A stretch of 64,000 bases of DNA from contig JBQTHB010000002.1 in NCBI GenBank assembly GCA_052390235.1, positions 416,001 to 480,000 of the forward strand, read 5' to 3'. Of this stretch, positions 29,664 to 39,032 are shown piece after piece. Position numbers and translations under genes: made by a program. The notes beneath the pieces were generated by a model. The model was not told the DNA's origin. It made no database searches and saw only the letters and a list, made by a program, of their open reading frames with translations. Origin of the DNA: Deltaproteobacteria bacterium. Lineage in GTDB: Bacteria; Desulfobacterota_D; UBA1144; Nemesobacterales; CSP1-2. Each line of letters starts with the position of its first letter. Within the stretch, counting starts at the first letter, position 1.

Positions 29664-30803
29664 TTACTCGGCACTGAAGATTTCGGCGGTTTTTCTTACT
29701 CCTGCTCCGAACTCAAAGCTGTGTCCGAGGTCACGAGCTACGCACTCAATGGCTGAGATGGCGGCAATGATGTCGGCTTTGTCAATGAATCCCATGTGCG
29801 AGATTCTAAAGATTTTGCCCTTTGCCTGATCCTGCCCTCCAGCAAGCGTCATGCCGAATCTATCCCTTAGCCCGCTTATGATTTTCCCTGCGTTTATCCC
29901 CGACGGGGCGACACCGGCTGTGAGGGCGGAGCTTGGGGATTTCTTCGCGTAGATTTCAAGCCCCATCGCCTTTATGCCCTCTCTAGTTCCCTCGGCGAGG
30001 CGGGCGTGGCGTTTGTGGACGCTTTCAATCCCCTCCGCTCTGAGATTGCGAAGCACCTGGGCAAGCCCTATGATGAGAGTTACCGGCGGAGTCCAAGGGG
30101 TTGTGTTGTCTTTTGCGTCCTTGAGGTATCGCTTAAAGTCGAAGTAGAATTTCGGAAGCGTGGATTTCTCTCTGAATCTCCAAGCCTTCTCGCTCATCGC
30201 CACGAACGCAAGCCCCGGCGGGAGCATGAACGCCTTCTGAGAGCCGGCAACCATGACGTCAATTCCCCACTCATCGAACTGGAGCGGGAACACCCCGACC
30301 CCCGTGATGCCGTCAACGATGAGAATAACGTCGTCCCTCTCGCGGGTGATTTCGGCTATCTGCTGCGTCGGGTGCATGACTCCGGTAGATGTTTCGCTCG
30401 CCTGAAGAAGCACGGCTTTGATTGAGAGGTCTCTGCTCAGAATATCCCGCACTTGGCTCGGATCAACCGCCTCGCCCCACTCAACGCCAATTTCCTGCGC
30501 CTCGACTCCGAAGGCTCTGCACATCTTTGTCCACCGCTCGCCGAACTTCCCCCCATTGACGACAAGCGCCTTATCGCCAGCCGAGAGGGTGTTAGCGATA
30601 GCCCCTTCCATTCCCCCCGTTCCCGAAGAGGCGAGGACGAAAACCTCTTGAGTAGTTTGGAAAATGTATTTAAGCCCTTCGCGCACTTCGCCGAATATGC
30701 TTTCAAATTCCGCCGTTCTGTGGTGAATTATCGGTCTTGCCATCTGCAGGAGGATCTCTTCGGGAACCGGCACGGGACCGGGCGTAAAAAGGTATTTCTT
30801 CAC
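29664..30803 (-). CDS. Class V PLP aminotransferase (serine-pyruvate/alanine-glyoxylate type)
   Basis: TPGPVP, SGTGGME, ETSTGV, GSQKAFMLPPGL, TPWTP, FRISHMG. Confidence 0.9.
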   Translation of the reverse strand: MKKYLFTPGPVPVPEEILLQMARPIIHHRTAEFESIFGEVREGLKYIFQTTQEVFVLASSGTGGMEGAIANTLSAGDKALVVNGGKFGERWTKMCRAFGVEAQEIGVEWGEAVDPSQVRDILSRDLSIKAVLLQASETSTGVMHPTQQIAEITRERDDVILIVDGITGVGVFPLQFDEWGIDVMVAGSQKAFMLPPGLAFVAMSEKAWRFREKSTLPKFYFDFKRYLKDAKDNTTPWTPPVTLIIGLAQVLRNLRAEGIESVHKRHARLAEGTREGIKAMGLEIYAKKSPSSALTAGVAPSGINAGKIISGLRDRFGMTLAGGQDQAKGKIFRISHMGFIDKADIIAAISAIECVARDLGHSFEFGAGVRKTAEIFSAE

Positions 30804-31066
30804 TTTTTTTCTCCTTGTGTTTGGATAGAATTATAGAGCCGGTTAAGCCAAATGTTGAAACCCGCCAGGCTTAGCGACGAGAGAAACTTACCCAAATCGA
30901 GGAATAATTCAACTAACCCCAGCTTTCCCCGCGCCCCGGCTTGTGTTAATCTTACCGCGAAAACCCACATGGCGGGCCGCGTGTTTCAATGAAGCCAAAT
31001 TCGCCAAGCGCAGGGTTCATCGCCCGCCTAAATATTGAAAATAATTCGATGAGGAGATATAACCAA

Positions 31067-32186
31067 ATGCTGAACGAAAACAGGGATAAAATCCAAGACC
31101 TCAAGAAGAGGCTCGCCGTGCTTCGAGACTTTCTTTAACCTGCCTGCTAGAGAGTCCCGCATTCGAGAACTGGATAAAATCATAGCCGACGACGCCTTTT
31201 GGTCAGATGCCGAATCGGCCCAAAAGACGCTCAAAGAGCAGTCGCAGATTAAACACTCCATTGCCGAGATTGACGCTCTTGCCGGAAATCTCGAAGATGC
31301 CGAGATTCTCTGCGAGCTTTCATTTGAAGAGCAGGACGAGGCCACGGCAGAAGAGTCGCGGCATAAACTCGCGCAGATTGAAAAAAAGGTTGACGAGCTT
31401 GAATTCAAGCGCGTACTCGGCGGAGTGGACGACGGCAGAAACGCTATTGTTTCAATCAACGCCGGCGCGGGAGGCACGGAGGCTCAGGACTGGGCTGATA
31501 TACTGCTTCGGATGTACCTGCGCTATGCCGAGCGAAACCGCTACGAGGTTGAAATGCTAGACCATCAGCCGGGGGATGAAGCCGGACTCAAGGGAGCGAC
31601 TTTTTTCGTCAAAGGCGCTTACGCCTTCGGGTATCTCAAAGCCGAAAGCGGGGTGCATCGCCTCGTGAGAATTTCCCCGTTCGATGCCAATAAACGCAGG
31701 CACACCTCCTTTGCCTCGGTCTTTGTCTCGCCCGAAATTGATGACGACATCCAAATCGAGATTGATGAGAAGGATTTGCGGGTTGACACCTTCCGCGCAG
31801 GGGGCAAGGGAGGGCAGCACGTCAATAAAACCGATTCCGCCATTCGCATAACGCACCTCCCCAGCGGAATTGTAGTCGGCTGTCAAAACGAACGCTCTCA
31901 GCACCAAAACCGAGCCGTCGCCATGAAAGTGCTTCGCGCCAAACTCTACGAACTCGAAAAAGTAAAGCTCAAAGAGAAATTCGAGCAGTTCGAGGCGTCG
32001 AAAAAAGAAATCGGCTGGGGAAGCCAAATCCGCTCCTACGTGCTTCACCCCTACAGGATGATTAAAGACCACAGAACGGACTTCGAGACCGGAAACGTGG
32101 AGCCTATCCTAGACGGCGACTTGGAGGAATTTATTAAGAGCTATCTCATGCTCGCTTCGGGTATGAACAAGGGGGCGGCGGCATAG
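31067..32186 (+). CDS. prfB: Peptide chain release factor 2, with programmed +1 frameshift (join 31067..31135, 31137..32186)
   Basis: SD GAGGAG + ATG 31067; 23 codons ending CTT TAA C; +1 frame continues NLPARESRIRELD..FWSD and is in frame with the ORF carrying SPF and GGQ motifs. Confidence 0.93.
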
Positions 32187-32277
32187 ACCCTGCGGCGGTT
32201 GATTGTTTACGCGCCTGGTTTATTCTTAGATTGCGGGCTTGCTCGCGATGCCGATTGGAGCGGAGGCGGTTACTCGA

Positions 32278-33156
32278 TTGCGAATTGGAATTATCGGCAG
32301 AACCGATAGAAAAAAAGTGTTTGAGATAACCCATCGCCTCGTCGCTTGGCTTAAGGAAAGAGGGGTTCTGACGCTTGTCGAAACCTCCCTTGCCGCGCAT
32401 ATCGGGCATAGCAGCCCGGTGGAGGCGGCCCAGTTGCCTGAGCGAGTGGACCTCATCCTCGTATTCGGCGGCGACGGCACGTTCCTCAGCGTGGCTCGGC
32501 TCGTGTCGAGCTACGACATCCCAATACTCGGAATAAATCTGGGGGCCCTTGGGTTTCTCACCGAGATTACTGTCAGCGAGCTATATCCGATGATGGAGCG
32601 TATTCTCGCCAGAAACTACGAAACCGAGCAGAGGCAGATGCTCTCGGCTACCATCCGCGGGGAATCCGAGCTTGAAAATAACCACTTAATCGCCCTCAAC
32701 GACGTCGTTGTAAACAAAGGCACAGTGGCCCGGATGATTGACCTTGCCGTCTATATAGGCGGCTCACACGTTACAAATTTCAGAGCCGATGGGATTATCC
32801 TCTCCACGCCAACCGGCTCTACGGCGTATTCCTTATCCGCCGGCGGGCCCATTGTCTACCCAACGCTCCCGCTTATTGTAATGACCCCGATTTGCCCTCA
32901 CACGCTCACGAATCGCCCGCTTGTGGTGTCGAGCGAAACGGAGATCAAAATTAAAATTCTCACCGATTCCCCTGACGTATATCTCACACTCGATGGGCAG
33001 AGGGGGGTAAATCTGCAAGTCGGCGACTTTGTAGAGGTTAAAAAAGCCGACCGATGCGTAATGCTCATCCGCTCCCCCTATAGGGACTATTTCACGATAT
33101 TAAAAAACAAGCTCATGTGGGCGGAGAGGTACGGCTATGCCCCGGTCGAAGAGTGA
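32278..33156 (+). CDS. nadK: NAD kinase
   Basis: GGDGT, GINLGALGFL, LNDV, DGIILSTPTGSTAYSLSAGGP; start TTG 32278 or upstream. Confidence 0.94.
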   Translation: MRIGIIGRTDRKKVFEITHRLVAWLKERGVLTLVETSLAAHIGHSSPVEAAQLPERVDLILVFGGDGTFLSVARLVSSYDIPILGINLGALGFLTEITVSELYPMMERILARNYETEQRQMLSATIRGESELENNHLIALNDVVVNKGTVARMIDLAVYIGGSHVTNFRADGIILSTPTGSTAYSLSAGGPIVYPTLPLIVMTPICPHTLTNRPLVVSSETEIKIKILTDSPDVYLTLDGQRGVNLQVGDFVEVKKADRCVMLIRSPYRDYFTILKNKLMWAERYGYAPVEE

Positions 33157-33505
33157 GCAAGTCCTCCACGACTGGGTCGTCGAGAAGCTGAGGGTGAAAT
33201 ATTCCAGGCTCTATAGAGAAGTCCACGCAAACCCCGCCGAAGAGAGAAATTACGAATTTGGGGGGCATTTCCCAGACCTCATCTTTGTCAACTACGGGCA
33301 GACGATGCTCATAGCTGAGGTCGAGACCGAGGAGACAATAAACGAGGGAGAAGCTGAGGAGTGGAAGACGCTCTCGGCTTTGGGAGTGCAACTCGTCCTC
33401 ATCGTGCCGAAGGAGATGCAGAACGCGGCAAGGGACATCTGCTGGAAGGCGGGGATAGCGGCGAGGGTTAAAATCGGCTTTTTCGATGTTTCGCTGAGTA
33501 TTTAA
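33137..33505 (+). CDS. Hypothetical protein, PD-(D/E)xK-like fold
   Basis: FPDLIF...IAEVET pattern; SD GAGAGG; overlaps nadK 3' end. Confidence 0.65.
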   Translation: MPRSKSEQVLHDWVVEKLRVKYSRLYREVHANPAEERNYEFGGHFPDLIFVNYGQTMLIAEVETEETINEGEAEEWKTLSALGVQLVLIVPKEMQNAARDICWKAGIAARVKIGFFDVSLSI

Positions 33506-33677
33506 ATGTTGAGATAAAATTATTATAATATGTGCGGACAAAAAACTCTGAGAGGCACAAAAATGAAAATATATCTCGCCCCGCAAGTTCCAAAACCCGC
33601 TCCCACGGGGGGCTATCCTGGGGACGGCGGATAATTAGCCGGGCTGCTTTGTCTCTGCTTCTTCGGATATGTCTAAA

Positions 33678-34604
33678 TTATCCGCCAATGACCGTCCCCT
33701 CCCGAACCCTCTTGCCCCTGAGGAAGTCCTCGATGCCGAGTCTCCTGCCCCCCTCGATTTGAACCTCAAGTAGTGCAAGCACTCCGGCGCCGGTTGCAAC
33801 CCTGAGGGTTTTCCTATCCGCTTTTATGACCTCTCCCGCGCTTCCACTGCCCTCGCAGACCTGTGCTTTGAATATTTTGAGCATCCTCCCCTCCAGCCCC
33901 GTATATGCCGAGGGCCAGGGGATTGCTCCGCGCACGAGGTTTTCAATCTCTACGGCGGATTTTGACCAGTCCACCGCGCCGTCTTCTTTCCTCAGCATCG
34001 GGGCATAGGTTGCTTCGGCGTGGTTTTGCTGTGCTGGAGTGAGCCTGCTCGATTTTAATAGGATTATCGTCTCAATGAGAAGCTCTGCTCCGATGCTAGA
34101 TAATTTCTCGGATAGGGTTTCCCCTGTGTCGTCGGCATTAATTGGAATCTCTCGGCTAAGGAGCATATCGCCTGTGTCCATGCCCTCGTCCATAATCATC
34201 GTGGTAATTCCCGTGGCGCTCTGCCCCCTAATTATCGCCCAGTTAATCGGGGCGGCGCCGCGCAGTTTCGGCAGTAGCGACGCGTGTACATTGAGACACC
34301 CCATCGGCGGTATGTCTAGTATGTTTTTAGGGAGGATTTTCCCGTATGCCGCCGTGCAGATAACATCCGGTTTGAGCGCGCTTAGCTCTCGGTGAAACTC
34401 CTCGGTTCTCACTTTGGCGGGCTGAAGGACGGCAATTCCGCCCTTCTCGGCTAGGATTTTCGTAGGCGGGGGGGACAGCGCAAGCCCCCTGCCCTTGGGC
34501 TTGTCGGGCTGGCAGACGACGGCTACAACCTCGTCGTCGGAGCGCATTAGAGCCTCCAGCGAGGGGATAGCGAATTCGGGAGTTCCCATGAATACGATTC
34601 TCAT
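33678..34604 (-). CDS. fmt: Methionyl-tRNA formyltransferase
   Basis: MRIVFMGTPEFA, QPDKPKGRG, NVHASLLPKLRGAAPI, DTGD. Confidence 0.96.
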   Translation of the reverse strand: MRIVFMGTPEFAIPSLEALMRSDDEVVAVVCQPDKPKGRGLALSPPPTKILAEKGGIAVLQPAKVRTEEFHRELSALKPDVICTAAYGKILPKNILDIPPMGCLNVHASLLPKLRGAAPINWAIIRGQSATGITTMIMDEGMDTGDMLLSREIPINADDTGETLSEKLSSIGAELLIETIILLKSSRLTPAQQNHAEATYAPMLRKEDGAVDWSKSAVEIENLVRGAIPWPSAYTGLEGRMLKIFKAQVCEGSGSAGEVIKADRKTLRVATGAGVLALLEVQIEGGRRLGIEDFLRGKRVREGTVIGG

Positions 34605-34611
34605 GGGATGG

Positions 34612-34640
34612 AGTATATGACTAAATCCGCTTATATTCAA
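34612..34640 (-). promoter_or_regulatory. Sigma-70 promoter giving a leaderless fmt mRNA
   Basis: Minus strand TTGAAT-N17-TATACT, then 7 nt to ATG. Confidence 0.6.
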
Positions 34641-34646
34641 TCCGTA

Positions 34647-36266
34647 TTAGCCCACACAACCACCCGAAGCGACGTTGTTTCCCTCCCCGCTCGGCTCATC
34701 AACCTGATTGCCGGAGTCCACGATGATTCTAAAGGAGCAGTCGGGGCTGAAGCAATTTCCGGGGACTTTAAATAGGAGGTCAACCGAACCCCCTTTGGCT
34801 ATCGGAGGGGTTTGGAGCGTAACCGTCCCTCCTCCAAATGCCACAGAGGTCTTTGATGCGCCGGCGTCTGTATCGCCCTGATTCTTGACCGTAACTCTCA
34901 GGAGTTTGCCCCCCTCTTCAAACCGGCAGAACGCGCTTGGAGCAGTCCCAGACGGGCTGAAGGGAACTAAATCGGGGCCCCTGCTTCCCACTACATTTGA
35001 CACCCGCAGGAATCCTAAAATCATCACATTGTGGCGCGTGTAGTGTCCGGGCTTTCCGTTCTCGTCTTCAAATTCGGAGGCGAGCGTGTAGGTCAGTTTC
35101 CCCTCTGCTCCTCCCGCCGCTTTTTCATAGTTGAAATCCTCAATTCGCACCCCCATTTGGGTTATCTCTTCGTCGTCGCGGCAGTAGCCGATGTCCCAGC
35201 CCATAAGCACGGGGATTGCGTAGTCGTATCTCTGAGGGATTTTCTCGACAGTGAATTCCTCGCTGAACGTGCCTTGAACCGCGCTGCATTGGTGATCGTC
35301 TTTATCCTCCGTGGGAAGTATCGAAAACGGCGGCTCGATGGTTTCAATATCGTTTCCGCCAAGAGCGCTTACAATCTCTCCTAATGCGTAATTTTTTCTG
35401 GCGTCGTTGTCCTTTAAGACGCTGTATGTCTCCCAACTGACAAATTCGGAATCCGCTTCACTTGCCGGATTTGAAAGCGGGGCATTCACCCGTTCAGTGC
35501 CTTTTCTGTATATTTTTCCGTTTTCTGCGAATTTTTCGCTGTGGTCGTGATAGTATGCCGCTTGAAGTAGATGCTCGTCGTTACCAAATGTGAGACCGTA
35601 GCCGCGAGGAAGAGTGGTTACGGTTCTCGGCTGGGTGAAAGCGGGGTTTTGGATGAATGATGAAAAAGAGGAAAGCGCGGTGTATTGCCCACGGTTTGAG
35701 GCGAAGTAGTAATTGACGTTGCCGCCTCGGGTAAAACAGCCGTCGTTGTTGTCAGCGACGAGGTTTAAATTGCCGCTCCAGCCAAGCGCGGTGTAGTGAT
35801 AGCACCAGCCGTAGGCCTCTTTAAAATCGTTGTCCGAAAGCGCGCCCGCCGCCTGCCATGAGAGCTTTGCGCCCTCGAGTCTTATATTTCCTATGACCGT
35901 GCCGAAGCCTAAGACGTGGTGGTCTGAGCTTAGATAATTCACCTTCCAGCCGTTGAGTATTATCGTAGCGTCGTTGACATAGGCGGGAAATTGAATGCTC
36001 TGCTCAATTTTCAGCGCGTCCTCTCTGCCCGATTTGTCCGATTCGGCGCAGGCAGTGCCTCTAATAACGATTAGCGTTCCGGGATTTTCAAACTCAACGG
36101 TCTCCTCCGAGGAGGTTGCCTCGGCTATTGGGGCTTCCTCGATGAGCTGGCAGAGTTCCTCAGCCAGTGGATTGTCAAGGGAAAATATCAATTGGCACGA
36201 TACCGATACAACAGAAGCGACTATAACTAAAATTACCCGCAAACCCTGAAATCTAGCTCTAGCCAT
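34647..36266 (-). CDS. Predicted lipoprotein with three internal beta-rich repeats and a C-terminal CARDB domain
   Basis: Lipobox-like VSVSC; SD AAGGAGG; C-terminal PDLV..VTVKNQG..VDSGNQVDE..EGNN CARDB pattern. Confidence 0.75.
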   Translation of the reverse strand: MARARFQGLRVILVIVASVVSVSCQLIFSLDNPLAEELCQLIEEAPIAEATSSEETVEFENPGTLIVIRGTACAESDKSGREDALKIEQSIQFPAYVNDATIILNGWKVNYLSSDHHVLGFGTVIGNIRLEGAKLSWQAAGALSDNDFKEAYGWCYHYTALGWSGNLNLVADNNDGCFTRGGNVNYYFASNRGQYTALSSFSSFIQNPAFTQPRTVTTLPRGYGLTFGNDEHLLQAAYYHDHSEKFAENGKIYRKGTERVNAPLSNPASEADSEFVSWETYSVLKDNDARKNYALGEIVSALGGNDIETIEPPFSILPTEDKDDHQCSAVQGTFSEEFTVEKIPQRYDYAIPVLMGWDIGYCRDDEEITQMGVRIEDFNYEKAAGGAEGKLTYTLASEFEDENGKPGHYTRHNVMILGFLRVSNVVGSRGPDLVPFSPSGTAPSAFCRFEEGGKLLRVTVKNQGDTDAGASKTSVAFGGGTVTLQTPPIAKGGSVDLLFKVPGNCFSPDCSFRIIVDSGNQVDEPSGEGNNVASGGCVG

Positions 36267-36382
36267 GATGCACCTCCTTAGTCGGTGTTTTGTCTTCGCA
36301 AAGAACGCCTCGGCTGCCTGAGCAATGAAACCCTCCCGAAACGTGCGGGCGGCGCGAAAAATTGAGCGACTGCGAGGGGGGG

Positions 36383-37690
36383 CTAGCCTGCCAACTCGCC
36401 GGAGAGGTCGTAAATGTCGGCATCAGTGATTTTTATCCTCACAAAATCGCCTATTTTCATCTCCCTAGTTTTCTTAACGCGGGTGATTCCGTCCACCTCA
36501 GGGGCTTGAGAGGCGATTCTCGCGGTATAGTCCCCATTTTCTTCGCCCTCGATAAACCCCTCGCGCAGCGCGCCGACAAGCGCTCGATTTTTCCTGAGCG
36601 ACACCTCTGACTGCGCTTCCATTAGCCTCTCATAGCGCTCCTCTTTCGCGTCGTCGTCAATCTGCTCGGGCAGGTCGTGGGCTTTCGTGCCTTCCTCGCG
36701 GGAGTATTTAAACGCCCCTGCGCGGTCGAACTCAGCTTCTTCAATGAAATCGAGAAGCTCGGCAAATTCCCCGTCGCTCTCTCCCGGAAATCCCACGATA
36801 AACGTCGTCCGAAGCACTACTTCGGGAATCTCCGAGCGGAATTTAGCTAGAATCTCCCTTATGCGCCGGCTCGTGGTTTTTCTGTCCATGAGTTTCAATA
36901 TGCGGTCGTTTATGTGCTGGAGCGGCATATCAATATAGGGGAGGATTCGCCTCTCGCTGGCTATGAGCTTGACCAGTGAATCCGTAATCCCCCAGGGATA
37001 GCAGTAGTGAATCCGAATCCACTCGATGGAGTCAACCCTGGCAAGCTCCCTGAGCATCGTCTCGAGGTCTGTGCCGATGTCCCTGCCGTAGCTCGTCATA
37101 TCCTGCGCTATGAGGTTTAGCTCTCTCACGCCGAGGCGCGACAGGTTCTCCGCCTCGCCCACAATGGATGCGACGGCGCGGCTTTTCATCGTGCCGCGCA
37201 TTTTGGGGATAATGCAAAACGCGCAGGTTCTCGAACAGCCCTCCGACACCTTCAGGTAAGCCGTATGTGGTTGGGTCGTAAGGGTGCGCGGGGTGTCGGG
37301 GTCGTAGAGTGTGCCGGGAGGGGATTTGTAAAATTTTTTGACGCGCTCTTTTTTCAGCGCTTCGCCGATTTTCATGAGGTTTCCCGTTCCCCAAAAGGAG
37401 TCCACCTCTGGGATTTCGCGTTTTAATTCCTCGGCGTACCGCTCCACCAGGCATCCGGTTACGATGAGCTTCTTGCAACTCCCCGCCTGCTTGTACTCGG
37501 ACATCTCCAAAATAGCGCTGATTGACTCCCTTTTGGCGTCGCCGATGAAGCCGCAGGTGTTCACTATGATAACATCGGCTTCGGCTTCGGACGGGGAGAG
37601 GGAAAACCCCTCTTTCCTGAGCGACCCTAGCATCAGTTCGCTGTCAACGAGATTTTTCGAGCATCCTAGGCTCGCAATATAGACCTTCAT
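36383..37690 (-). CDS. rimO: Ribosomal protein S12 methylthiotransferase
   Basis: SLGCSKNLVDSE, VNTCGFI, EGCSRTCAFCIIP radical SAM motif, APEVDG TRAM region. Confidence 0.94.
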   Translation of the reverse strand: MKVYIASLGCSKNLVDSELMLGSLRKEGFSLSPSEAEADVIIVNTCGFIGDAKRESISAILEMSEYKQAGSCKKLIVTGCLVERYAEELKREIPEVDSFWGTGNLMKIGEALKKERVKKFYKSPPGTLYDPDTPRTLTTQPHTAYLKVSEGCSRTCAFCIIPKMRGTMKSRAVASIVGEAENLSRLGVRELNLIAQDMTSYGRDIGTDLETMLRELARVDSIEWIRIHYCYPWGITDSLVKLIASERRILPYIDMPLQHINDRILKLMDRKTTSRRIREILAKFRSEIPEVVLRTTFIVGFPGESDGEFAELLDFIEEAEFDRAGAFKYSREEGTKAHDLPEQIDDDAKEERYERLMEAQSEVSLRKNRALVGALREGFIEGEENGDYTARIASQAPEVDGITRVKKTREMKIGDFVRIKITDADIYDLSGELAG

Positions 37691-38805
37691 GCGCGCCTCT
37701 TTACGATGTGCGATACCCTGCCTTGAGAGAACGTGAGGGTTATCTCGCCCTCGTCGCCCTTGCCGAATACGTCAAATGCTACGTCCTCCAGACATTTTGA
37801 CACTAGAACATCAAGCCCCCTTGCGCCGGTTTGTCGGGATAGCGCTTCTCTTATGATGAAATCTGCCACGCGCTGGTCAATTTGCAGGTGAAACCCCTCT
37901 TCCTCGAACTCCCTTTTATACTTCTGGATTTTCAGAAGCAAGATTTCTTTGAGCGTTCCCGTGTCGAGCGGCGAAAACGGGACGATTCTATTAAACCTGG
38001 CGACGAGTTCGGGGAGGAATCCGAAGAGGTGAAATTTCGATATATCGTCCGCTTCCTCTTCGCTGATTTTATAGGCGATGGCTCTTTCATATTCCGAATT
38101 TTCTGGAATCTGCTGGAGGAATCCAAGCCCCCCTTTCTCGAATAAGCTCCTGATGCCTGAGAACGCGCCGACGGCAAAAAATGACATATCGCGCGTTGAA
38201 ATCATCGCCCTTGGACCGCGGTTCGACACCCCGAAATCAAGCGGGATTTGGGCGTCCGTGCCTTCGAGGATTTTTAGCAGCTCTCTTTGCACGCCGTAGC
38301 CGGATACGTCTTTTGTCGTGCCTTGCCCCGCAAACCTGCCGCTACTGTACGCGCCCGCGATTTTATCGAACTCATCTAAGACGACCACTCCGCACTCGGC
38401 GATGTCCACGCTCTCGTTCGCCGCATAGACTAGCTGTACGAGGATGTTGACCACGTCCTCGCCCACGTAGCCGGACTCGGTGAATTTCGTCATATCCACT
38501 ACGACAAAAGGGAGTTTAAATATCTCCCCGAAGAGCAGTTCAATGAGATAGGTCTTGCCGCATCCGGTGGGGCCCATGAGAATGGAATTTGGTCTTGGGG
38601 GAAGCTCGCCCCTTGGAATTTTCTTTGTATGCAGGTGTTTTAGGCGCTTTACATGGCGGTAGGCGGCAAGCGATACTGCCCTGCGCGCCCGGGGCTGTCC
38701 ACGGTAGCCGAGGGTCTCTAGTTCTTCAAATATCTTCTTGGGCGAGGGAAGCGGGATGGACTCGATAAAGTCTCGGACGTAGTTAATTTTTTCTCCTCTT
38801 TTCAT
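37687..38805 (-). CDS. ClpX/HslU-family AAA+ ATPase lacking the N-terminal zinc-binding domain
   Basis: GPTGCGKT, GYVGEDV pore loop, LDEFDK, KDVSGYGVQRELLKILEG, GLGF loop, TGARGL; ATG 38805 after GGAGG. Confidence 0.85.
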   Translation of the reverse strand: MKRGEKINYVRDFIESIPLPSPKKIFEELETLGYRGQPRARRAVSLAAYRHVKRLKHLHTKKIPRGELPPRPNSILMGPTGCGKTYLIELLFGEIFKLPFVVVDMTKFTESGYVGEDVVNILVQLVYAANESVDIAECGVVVLDEFDKIAGAYSSGRFAGQGTTKDVSGYGVQRELLKILEGTDAQIPLDFGVSNRGPRAMISTRDMSFFAVGAFSGIRSLFEKGGLGFLQQIPENSEYERAIAYKISEEEADDISKFHLFGFLPELVARFNRIVPFSPLDTGTLKEILLLKIQKYKREFEEEGFHLQIDQRVADFIIREALSRQTGARGLDVLVSKCLEDVAFDVFGKGDEGEITLTFSQGRVSHIVKRRA

Positions 38806-38921
38806 TGAGCGGCTTGCCTCCGTGCGGTATGTTATTGTATAAATTCCCGAGACTATTTTCAAGTAACCTTCGAGCGATGAGCCTATATCTAGAGGCGCTA
38901 GTGTCCATAATTTAAGACCCA

Positions 38922-38940
38922 GTGCCTAGAGCTTAAGCAC
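38922..38940. promoter_or_regulatory. NtrC-type enhancer palindrome upstream of the Anbu operon
   Basis: GTGCCTAGAGCTTAAGCAC (TGC-N11-GCA); its reverse complement matches 56974-56992 at 16/19 nt. Confidence 0.75.
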
Positions 38941-39003
38941 GATGATTCTCCATATTGCCAATAAATGCGCGTTTCTATAGGCTATAGCGATGATATTGCT
39001 ATC

Positions 39004-39019
39004 TGGTATGTTGTTTGCA
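39004..39019 (+). promoter_or_regulatory. Sigma-54 (-24/-12) promoter
   Basis: TGGTATGTTGTTTGCA: GG at 39005-39006, N10, GC at 39017-39018. Confidence 0.8.
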
Positions 39020-39032
39020 ACCTATTCAGGAG

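Noticed and set aside
30804..31066. Possible ncRNA in the divergent spacer before prfB
   Set aside because: No recognisable RNA family or convincing stem pattern; size fits two divergent promoters
31067..31424. prfB as a pseudogene, or starting at 31425 as in the ORF track
   Set aside because: The break is at the standard RF2 programmed frameshift position and the +1 frame restores the N-terminal domain
39015..39032. TTG start of the ATP-grasp gene
   Set aside because: Lies inside the -12 element of the sigma-54 promoter
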